A stretch of DNA of 64,000 nt from Eledone cirrhosa (lineage: Eukaryota). The first letter of the stretch is position 1; every line of letters begins with the position of its first letter. The position numbers and the translations under genes were made by a program. This document shows, piece by piece, positions 25,317 through 34,855 of the stretch. The notes under the pieces are model-generated. The model searched no databases and was not told the DNA's origin. It saw only the letters and a list, made by a program, of their open reading frames with translations. The stretch spans positions 340,194,001-340,258,000 of the forward strand of contig OZ024740.1 of assembly GCA_964016885.1 (NCBI GenBank). Direction: 5' to 3'.

Positions 25317-27096
25317 GGTAATACTAGAAGGTGTCATACCAAAAGATTGGTGCAGTAGCATCATTGTCAACTGCTACAAAGGTAAAGGTGATGCACTCGA
25401 TAGAGGAAACTATAGAGGTATAAAGCTGATGGACCAGGTCATGAAAGTAACAGAAAGAGTTATAGCACAGTTGATTTGGGTTTGTACCAGGAAGAGGCAC
25501 CACTGATGCCCTCTTCCTTGTGAGGCAGTTACAGGAAAAGTATCTAGCTAAAAGTAAGCCACTCTACCTGGCATTCGTCGATCTCGAGAAAGCCTTTGAC
25601 AGAGTTCCACGTGCTGTAATCTGGTGGGCTCTTAGAAAACTAGGAGTAGATGAATGGCTTGTGAAAGCTGTACAAGCCATGTATAGGGGAGCAGTCAGCA
25701 AAGTTAGGATTAGCAATGAATATAGCGAGGAATTTAGCGTACAGGTTGGGGTCCACCAGGGCTCTGTTCTTAGCCCTCTCCTGTTCATCATAGTCCTGCA
25801 GGCAATAACAGAGGAGTTTAAGACCAGATGCCCATGGGAACTCCTGTATGCTGATGACCTCGCACTTATAGCTGAATCTATGGTAGAACTAGAGAAGAAA
25901 TTCCAAACTTGGAAGCAGGGACTAGAAAGAAAGGGTCTCAAAGTCAACATGACAAAGACTAAGGTCCTTGTAAGTAGACGAGAAAACAGAACCCAGATCC
26001 CCTCAGGGAAATGGCCTTGCTCAGTATGTAGGAAAGGTGTAGGTAGGAACTCCATTCTCTGCCCCAAATGCAAACAATGGGTACACAAGAGATGTAGCGG
26101 GATCTCAGAAAGCTTAATTAAGAATGTAGGCTTCACATGCAGCAGCTGTACTGGGACAGCAAGCAGCAAACAACCACAGGAAACAAGTACCACCAATCTC
26201 TGGGAGGGCTCTGTAGAGACAGTAGACAGCTTCTGCTACCTAGGTGATTGAATTAGCAGCGGAGGTGGGTATTCAGAAAGTACAATAACTAGGGTAAGAA
26301 TGGGATGGAAGAAGTTCAGGGAACTACTGCCACTGCTAGCTGCAAAAGGCTTCTCCCTCAAAATGAAAGGCAGACTGTATGATGCGTGTATCCGAACAGC
26401 AATGTTACATGGTAGTAAGACCTGGGCGCTGAAGGTGGAAAACTTATGTAGATTAGAGAGAAACGAAGCCTTCATGCTCCGATGGATGTGTAACAGTAAT
26501 ATACGCGAACGACAAAGCATAAATGGATTGAGAGAGAGACTGAGCATAAGAGGAATCAAATGCTGTGTGCAGGAGAGGCGGATGCGTTGGTATGGACATG
26601 TGATGCGTATGAAGGATGACAGCTGCATAAAAAGGTGCAGAGCACTAGAAGTCGATGGAAACCGTGGAGTAGGGAGACCCAAGATGACCTGGGATGAGGT
26701 GATAAAAGCCGACCTTACCCAATTACACCTCTCAAAGGCGATGACACACGACCGTGACCTCTGGCGTCACGCAGTAATACAGAGTACCCGGCCTCCCATG
26801 GGTACAAGCTGAAGCATATAGACAATATGCCCCCACACCCTCCCACTGCAAGGTGGTCGTGGAGGTGCCACGGCAAAAAAGCACCCAGCCCACACTGTAA
26901 AGTGGACGTTTAGGCGCCACGAAAAAGCACCCAGCACTCACTGTAAATGAGGTTGGTGTTAGGAAGGGCATCCAGCTGTAGAAATCAAGCCAAATCAGTT
27001 CCTGTATGAGCAAGGCATGGTCAGCTGACCAGACACTGCCCACAACAGGACAACCCGTCTAACCCATGCTAGCATGGAAGAACGGACGTAAAACGG

Positions 27097-27135
<39 letters not shown>
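25317..27135 (+). mobile_element. RTE-clade LINE, RT to 3' tail, with Cys-rich PHD-like insert
   Basis: FVDLEKAFDRV, GVHQGSVLSP, LYADD, CSVC...CPKCKQWVHKRC...CSSC, RWYGHV; (GAT)n tail at 27097-27135. Confidence 0.95.
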
Positions 27136-27136
<1 letters not shown>

Positions 27137-27750
27137 ATATAAGAGATCAAAACTCCTGGAGTTCTGTGATACCAATTATTTGACTATCTACAACACTAAC
27201 TTCAGAAAATCATCTTGCCCCTAAAAGTCAGGCAACCACTCAAGCCAGATAGATTTTATTCTTACTAGAAGTCGAAAATGACTGATGGTTGCAAACACTA
27301 TGTCCCTTTCTAGTGAGGAGTGCATCTCTCAACATAACCTAATAGTTAGCAACTTTAGAGTTAAAGCTAGACATACTAGGAGATAGATAGGACATAGAAG
27401 TTGGAGGAGCCTTTAACTGGTGACAAATTCAGTGTTACCCTGCTTGGTGCTTATGACAGTAAGGAGCAGGAGGCTTACAACATAGAACAGTGGAGGCTTC
27501 TGAGAGATAAACTGACAAATGCATGCTTTTCCTCCCTGTGGCAGAGAAAACATGTGATTATAAAAGACTGTTGAATGAGGAGAATGCATTGGAAGAAGAA
27601 TGCCCTAAGTTGACTCAACAGAAGAGCCAGCAATCTCATTTAGCAGCAATATGATAAGTAAGGATATGAAGATAAGCAAAGCAGTAGGGTCATCAGGGAA
27701 AGTTGCTGAGATGTTGAAAGCATCTGAGACAGTCAACAACTTTGAGAAAA
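27136..27750 (+). mobile_element. Highly degenerate RTE endonuclease/linker fragment
   Basis: Decayed LEFC..NTNF, QIDFIL, QH.L motifs; similar relics at 30290-31170, 41150-41860, 62900-63550. Confidence 0.55.
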
Positions 27751-27801
27751 AAGAGTCACTGTAATAAAATCTAGTTAAAAGGTATTGTTTTACATAACTT
27801 T

Positions 27802-28147
27802 GGAGGCACATGGCTTAGTGGTTAGAGCATTGGCCTTGCAATCGAAAGGTTGTGAGTTCAATTCTCAGACCGAGTGATGTGTTGTTTCCTTGAACAAGAC
27901 ACTTTATTTCACATTGCTCCAGTTTACTCAGCTGTAGAAATGAGATGATAGGGACTGGGGTGCCTATCATTCCACTGCAAAGTGGTCATGGAGGTGCCAC
28001 GGCAAAAAAGCACCCAGCACTCACTGTAAATGAGGTTGGTGTTAGGAAGGGCATCCAGCTGTAGAAATCAAGCCAAAATCAGTTCCCGTCCCACTCTTGC
28101 AAGCAGGGAAAAAGCAGACGTAAAATGAAATGATGATGATGATGATG
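27802..28147 (+). mobile_element. tRNA-derived SINE family 2 with RTE-derived 3' tail
   Basis: A-box TGGCTTAGTGG, B-box GAGTTCAATTC, core CTTGAACAAGACACTTTATTTCAC, tail matching the RTE 3' UTR, (GAT)n, TSD AACTTT. Confidence 0.9.
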
Positions 28148-29023
28148 AACTTTACACCTACACTAGATTCTTGCCTCAAGAATTTATGTAATTTTATATT
28201 TCAATTGTTAACCACTCCTTTACATGAATAGATGTCAACCAGTAAAATACTATTATTCTTATTAAGCTTAGATACAATTATTCTCATCCATAAAGACACC
28301 TACACAGTATAATTATCATGCTCTATATACTGTAGTGTAACTTGAATAACTATATACAAAACTTTATATAGAAGAGTGTTGAAGCTTGATCGTAGCATTG
28401 TAGGATATATATATAAAATAGTGTGTTATCGAAGGTTATAGAACAAGAGTATGACAAGAATTATACATAAATTAGGTTTGCTAGTGGTTGATTAGTCTGT
28501 ACCTGTGGCAGTGTGAACAGGGCATGACACTGCCTCGCTGCTACCATGACATGTTGTTTTACACAAATGAAGCAGACAGATTTTTAAACATGTTATTTTA
28601 TTTCGCCATCTTAGTTATCTTTTTTTTATAATATTAAATCCTATGATATTTTTTTTAACCCTGGCCATATCCAATCAGAATTCTCTCACCTCTTTCTGTT
28701 CAAACCGGCTGTAACCGACCACTAATACTGATATTAAAGTATTATTCTCAAAATAAATAATATCAAAATCTCATAGATTCCATATTATGTGAGATAATTA
28801 TGTGAAGTAAAGCCTTTATCATGAAAATATAATAGTAAATATAGAGTAATGTAAATGCTAAAGGGTTGGCAAACTCAAAGAAACATAGTTTATGAAATAT
28901 CAAATTGAAACATAGTTGCTATGTAAAAACACAACCTAATGGATGTATACTCTCTTTCCCTTCATCTTTAGACAACTTCAGGAGCATTTTATCCCAAATA
29001 TCTCAAATAATTAAATATTTCTA

Positions 29024-29465
29024 ATCATCATCATCATCATTTTTACATCAGTTTTTCCATGCTTGTATGGGTTAGACATGTCCTTTTGAATACAGCATCT
29101 TTCCCCTCATTGCGTTCCTTCATTATCTCCTCTGTGAGTCTTAGCAATTTGAGATCAGTTCTATCCACCTCTACCCAGGTCTTTCTTTGTCTACCTCTAC
29201 TGTGGCTTCCTTCCACTGGGATTTCCTGGCACTTCTTCACTCAGCAATCATCATCCATGTGGATCACATCTCCATACCAACGCAGTCTTCTCTCTGGCAC
29301 ACCACTTTGGATTCCTCTTAAATACAGTTTCTTCTTCAGTTCATCCAAGCTCTGCCTTTCTCTCACACTTACATAGCACATCCAACGGAGCATGGTTGTT
29401 TCATATCTCTCCAGTCTATGCATGTCCTCTGCAGTCACAGCCCATGTTTCACTCCCATGCAGCAA
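29024..29465 (-). mobile_element. Old RTE LINE 3' fragment
   Basis: MLHGSETWAV...MLRWMC...RRLRWYG; (CAT)n tail. Confidence 0.85.
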
Positions 29466-32392
29466 CCTTTTATATCAAACTGTTTTATAAATCTTTATAT
29501 ACAGTGAGCCTACATCTTTCTCAGCTTTAAATAGTGCAGTTTAATATACATGGTCAAAAATGATTTTTTTTTTATCTCCAAATATCTGTAAAACTTTTAA
29601 TGTCCTGCTCTCCATGAAACCACATCACTCAATGTAAGAAAGAAAATTGTAAATCTTACTGCTATCATTCTTTTCCTAAATTTCCTCAACCTCCAGAGAA
29701 CCTGATGTTATGCCTCCTCAAAAAAATTTACATACATCTTTTTTTCTTTTAAGATCAACAAGATCTCAGACCTCATTTGCTCAAGTGGGGTGAAGCTCAT
29801 CAGACAGGACCAAAGAAACAATGTTTCCATTGGTCTTTTCATTGCTAATACTATCTCCTGGCAGAAGGAGCAATGTGAAATAAAGTGTCTTGCTCAAAGA
29901 CAGCACAGGAATCGAACTCACAACCTCACACTTGTGAATCAAACTCTCTAATCACTAAGCCATGTGCCTTCACTTAATCAATTGGATGGCTATCTTCTGA
30001 ATGTGATTTAAGATTTCTATGTATGTGACAATAGTACAGCCCCAGATATGTAAGCAGTAAACCAATGTGGGCCTTATTTCTTCTTAATAGAAACTAAACA
30101 ATCTATATCAAATTATCTTTATATTCCAGGCATGGAAGGTATGAAATGGCTAGAGGTAGAATAGCACCATTTTAGGTTTGTACATGCATACATACATGTA
30201 TATATAATTTCAGATGTACACACACATAAAATTTGAAAAACATGGGGATATTTATTTCTTATAAATAAGCCAACACACTGATTTTATGAAATCCTCTTGC
30301 AGACTACCTCAATAAGGAATGAGAATAAAGGTGTCATTGTTGTTGACTTTAATAGACATTTTGAGCAATGCCATGATGGTTTCCCTAGCATGCATCACAA
30401 AAATAAACGTGTTTTGAGAAATAAAGAGGGATGAAGGATCCTAGGGTTCTGTATAGCTTATGAAATGACCTAACCATTAGCAACACTAACTTCAGAATAG
30501 TGGCCAGTCATCTGATCACCTACTAATCAGTCAAATAGACTACATACTGATTGTGATTATTAAGGCCTTCTCCAGAGAAGAATGCACTACCTTATATAAA
30601 CAAGTTATCAGCAACCTTATGATAAGAGCTAGACACTCAATAACACAAGACAATTTTACAAAAGAAAATATGGAAACTGAAAAAAACCTTCAACCAATTG
30701 TAGGTGCAGAGAAGAACTAGCTGGTACATATGAGGAGAGGAAGGAGATAGAGACTTACAACATAAAGAACAACAATGAGTTTTTACCATCTGCAAGCAGC
30801 AGCCCAGATCTGGTCAAATGAAAGGTGACATGATGATGGAATAGTGTCATAGATAAAGCCAACTAGTGAAGAAACAAGTCTGAAAAGACAGAAAAATATA
30901 AGATCAATAAACAATATTAAGGGGCTAGAAGAGAAACTATACCTCAGGTATATTTAGCAAGGGGTGAAGCTGAAAGTTAAAAGATTTGCACATTTTCTGC
31001 AACATGAGAATCAAAGGCCTGAAATATTCCAGACTTCAAAGCAGGGTACTAGAGAGAATCAAGAGGTTGTTTGGGAAAAGTGTATAAGTCAGTCTATGCT
31101 CTGTAGTTTAGTGGTTGCTAAAAATAAAATAGCTTGTGAGAGCCATACAAAACATGTACAGATATGCTGACAGCAATGAGTTCAAATGATAGATTTAGTA
31201 TGCTGGCTGGTGTATGTCAGAGTTGTTTTCAATGAGAAATTGGGTAGATGGAAACTATTTGAAAGCCCATCAGATGGACTGTACTCTACCTGTAATTCAG
31301 AGCTCCAGCCTTGTCACATATTATATCACAATGATTCAGCTTGGTAATTATGTTATGGGTACACGTGTCTGTGGAATACTCAACCATTTGCATGTTAATT
31401 CACAAGCTGGACGTCCTGTTAATCAATCAACTAAACTTTTATCATGGAAATGAACAGAGAATCCATCTTAAGAGATGGAATGTGTTGAGAGTTTAATGTT
31501 GCATGATCTTCACATTGCAACAAAGTTCTTATTGTTCAATAACCGAGGAATAGACATATCATGAAAAAGAGCAATAAGCAACGTCTGCATCTAAGATTAA
31601 TTAACCCTGATTCTCAGGTGTTCACTTACTTTTACTAGAGCATATATCAGAGTATCCTGTGCTACTAAACTACAATATGATATAGTAATGGATGGGGAGA
31701 GTAGAAACTACAGAATTTATATCATCAAATAATTATTCAATGAAGAAATGAGGTTGGTGATAGGAAGGATATCCATAGAAAACTTGCCCAACAAAGGGTT
31801 GAAAAGACTCTTCAGTTTTGTCAAAGACATGGCAACTTCTCTAGTGTCGGTGCAGCGACGAAATGTACCCAGTACACATTGTAGAGTGCTTAAAGTGTAT
31901 GTAAGTGAGATGCACCCCACCCAACATATCTGAGAGGTCAGTAACTCTGATTAAATGCTAACTTAGACTGTGATGATCCGTCAAACCATTGCTAGCAGTG
32001 AAATGGACATTGAATCATAATAATAATAATGATGATGATGAAAAAACAATAACAGGCAATAACTAATATTATTTTTATTAAAACGAGCACACACGCACAC
32101 GCACACATGTAGCTCTTTTAGAAAACTCTTCGAAAGAAAACTATAAAAAAAAAAGAGAAAAGAAAAGGAGGTGATGAAAACAAATTTAAAATCTTAAATT
32201 ATTATTTTTATCTCGTAAACTGGTATATTAAAAATATTCAGAAATAACTTTTGAAAAGAAAAACAATGATATGTAAATTTACAAGAAAATATATAGACCC
32301 CCCCCCCCTCGTTCCGATTGTACGGGAGATAACTCTGAGCATATTCTAGGATTATTATGAACTAATCACCGTGATTACGAACTAATCACCGT

Positions 32393-32626
32393 AATACGTT
32401 GATTAGTTCATAATTGTTTCTACTTTTGTTTCTACATCAATTATCCAGTACATTACTGGTACTTTATTTTATAGACCCCGTAAGGATGAAAGGCAAAGTT
32501 AATCCCGCCGAGGTTAACTTTGCCTTTCATCCTTACGGGGTCGATAAAATAAAGTACCAGTAATGTACTGCTTTATTGATGGCCTTGTGCCAAAAGTAGA
32601 AACAATTATGAACTAATCACCGTATT
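32393..32626. repeat. Inverted duplication of a SINE family 1 3' half plus flank
   Basis: Arms 32393-32502 and 32514-32626 around loop TCCCGCCGAGG. Confidence 0.88.
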
Positions 32627-32999
32627 TATCAAATGAGTGATTGAAGAGTCGTAATGGTTGGCGTAAAAAAAGCTGAATAAATGTTTAGAGAATTTTGAGA
32701 TGACTTTGAAATGTTTCTTGAGTTAAGAATTAAATTAAGTATAGAAGATATGATAGATATTAGCCTAGGGAACTTCAAACTTCTTGAACCAGCGACTCCA
32801 AACATATACGAAAATAGATAAATAAATCAGTTAACAGAATATAAAATAAATAGACGATAAATATTAATTAAGTATAAATAAAAAACCTGCATAAACAAGT
32901 TAAATTTTACTGTACTATATTATGTATTTTACACTGGGTAATTGCTGGCCTTGTGCCAAAAGTAGAAACAATTATATTATGTATTTTCGTTTTTTATAT

Positions 33000-33330
33000 A
33001 GTGACGTTTGGGAGAGTCGGGCCCACTAACTGCGAGGTTCGTGTCTTCGCTGGCGGCTCGCCTAACAGAGGTAACTGGTGATGCTTGTGAAGGCGCTTGG
33101 TTGCTCCAGCTTGCCTCAAAAATTATTGGAGAGGTTTCCCAATGCTCCTCGCGATATTGTTATATTTTGCTCTGTCAGCGGCTCGTTTGTTACCCCCCCC
33201 CCCTTTTCGCCTGCCTTATTTGTATGTGGTCCTAGATGTGTTTTACCTGTTTGTATGTGTGTGTTCTTTTTCTTTTTCCTTTCCTTTTTCTTTCTTTTTT
33301 ATCTTTTTATTTGTAATATTAGGATGACGG
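33000..33330 (+). mobile_element. CRE-like (restriction-like endonuclease) non-LTR retrotransposon 3' fragment
   Basis: TFGESGPLTARFVSSLAARLTEVTGDACEGAWLLQ resembles the RLE C-terminal ET.G..G...E...L.Q motif; T-rich 3' UTR. Confidence 0.5.
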
Positions 33331-33693
33331 TTATACTGACAAATAAAATATCAAAATGTCTACATAAAAATCATACACACTCACTCATATATATATACAC
33401 ATACAATGTCAGGTTTGGGCACAAAAGTTCAATCGAACAGTTGAGTAGTCCCATTGACTCCTGGAAGTCAATATTGACCACTTTGGAAAACACTGTAATA
33501 ACCTTTATGATCAAGATAGTAGCAAGCCCGAGTTATAACTCTGCTGAAAAGATATGCAATGTACAGTTTCATGACACTGGATGGCAACATCAAATATGGT
33601 GGCCTCGGTCTCCATTCTCACTGGCCTGCCACCATTTCTTTTGCCAGATACCTCTTGTCGTGTCCTCATCAACAGGGTTCTCTGTGGGTATGG

Positions 33694-33957
33694 TGTGGTG
33701 TGCGGTGGCCGGAAGCTGGGGAGTGCTCGACCGGAAGAGTGCTTGACCGGAAGGGTGCTTGACCGGAATGGGTGCTCGACCGGAAGGGCCAGCAGGTCGG
33801 CTTCTCTCTAGCGGTGATCAGAAACGTGGTGGACGCGAGTTTGGCAGCTCCCGGTATTAATGAGTTGGATCGTACGCACGTGGAAGAGGAGAAACCAGCC
33901 ATGGGATTTAGCGGCGCCTATGAAAACCAGTAAGTGAGATAATTCTTTCTAACCACA
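33694..33957 (+). repeat. 5' LTR (plus 11-nt TGTGGGTATGG extension from 33683)
   Basis: Aligns to 37637-37880; termini TGTGGT/ACCACA. Confidence 0.93.
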
Positions 33958-33969
33958 AGCTATTTCGGC
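33958..33969 (+). promoter_or_regulatory. Atypical primer-binding site complementary to tRNA-Phe nt 1-12
   Basis: AGCTATTTCGGC abuts the LTR end; reverse complement GCCGAAATAGCT equals the 5' end of metazoan tRNA-Phe(GAA). Confidence 0.8.
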
Positions 33970-34099
33970 ACTGGAAACTGAGATCTGATAAAAAAAAAAA
34001 ATAAATAAATAAAAAACTTTCTCGAAAACAAAACTACTGGAAAAACAGAGAGGAGTGTGTTGTGTTTTTTTTTTATTATGTACTGCAAGACAAATTAGG

Positions 34100-34844
34100 A
34101 TGGCGATGAGACTACAAACGAGCAAAGTGATTAGGGTATTTACCGGTGAAGGCGATGTCGCTTGGCTGCGAAAAGTCCGGCTGGTCGCAAGTTTACAGAA
34201 GATTGAAGATGTGGCTGGCCTCATGGCACTGTACCTTGAGGGGGACGCGTTGGTACTCTTCCTTGAAATGGATGAACACAGCCAAAGGGATGCGCAAAAG
34301 ATCGAGAGGCGCATGATGGAAGCGTTCGCGGAGGGACCGTTAGCCGCTTTTGCTAAGCTTGGCAAGAATTAGATGGAACGGTGAACGCGTTGACATTTTC
34401 GCACGGAAATACGGCGATTGGCCATGCTGGCATTAGGTGGAATGCGAATGCACGGTGCGGTTGGCGTTCATAAATGGATTTCCAGACGACATAGTGGTGA
34501 AACTGCAGCAAGTCCCGGGTTACAAAGAAATGGAGATGCGTGCACTGGTGGAGCAAGCCCGCATCATAGCAGAAGATGCCTAGAAGAGTGTCACAGCGAT
34601 GGCAACACAGAGGCCCAAGACAGCTAGCAGTGAAAGGGAGGCTACCACGGCACGCGGTCGCCCGCGAACGTTTAGAGGTCGCTGTTTTAGGTGTCAGGGC
34701 CCGCACATGGCGAGAGACTGTAGAGAATCAAGGCCAGAAATAATATGCTACCGGTGTATGCGACCAGGCCACATCGCTACTAAGTGCGACCAGGGAAACG
34801 ATCCAAGGGGAACTACTGTGCCGGTAGTTGCCCCTTATGAGTAG
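34100..34844 (+). pseudogene. gag: gag (frameshifted) with two zinc knuckles
   Basis: FTGEGDVAWL..., LYLEGDAL; CFRCQGPHMARDC and CYRCMRPGHIATKC. Confidence 0.85.
34793..34836 (+). promoter_or_regulatory. -1 ribosomal frameshift signal (gag-pol)
   Basis: G GGA AAC heptamer in gag frame, 5-nt spacer, hairpin AAGGGGAACTACTG-TGC-CGGTAGTTGCCCCTT; protease ORF lies in the -1 frame. Confidence 0.75.
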
Positions 34845-34855
34845 AGGCGCTGCTC

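Noticed and set aside
27802-27872. Functional tRNA gene
   Set aside because: A/B boxes are present but the acceptor stem is imperfect and the sequence continues into a SINE body and tail; the same applies to the family 1 heads.
2500-33000. Additional host gene exons in the left half
   Set aside because: I found no consistent splice-phase chain or recognisable non-TE protein motif; small exons of a large gene cannot be excluded by eye.
33706-33717. Tf1-like self-primer (GCCGGAAGCT) for the atypical PBS
   Set aside because: It matches only partially with gaps and lies at the extreme U3 start; tRNA-Phe matches 12/12.
33078-33746. 222-aa ORF as a host gene
   Set aside because: It spans TE relics, a T-rich tract and the LTR start; no recognisable domain or splice structure.
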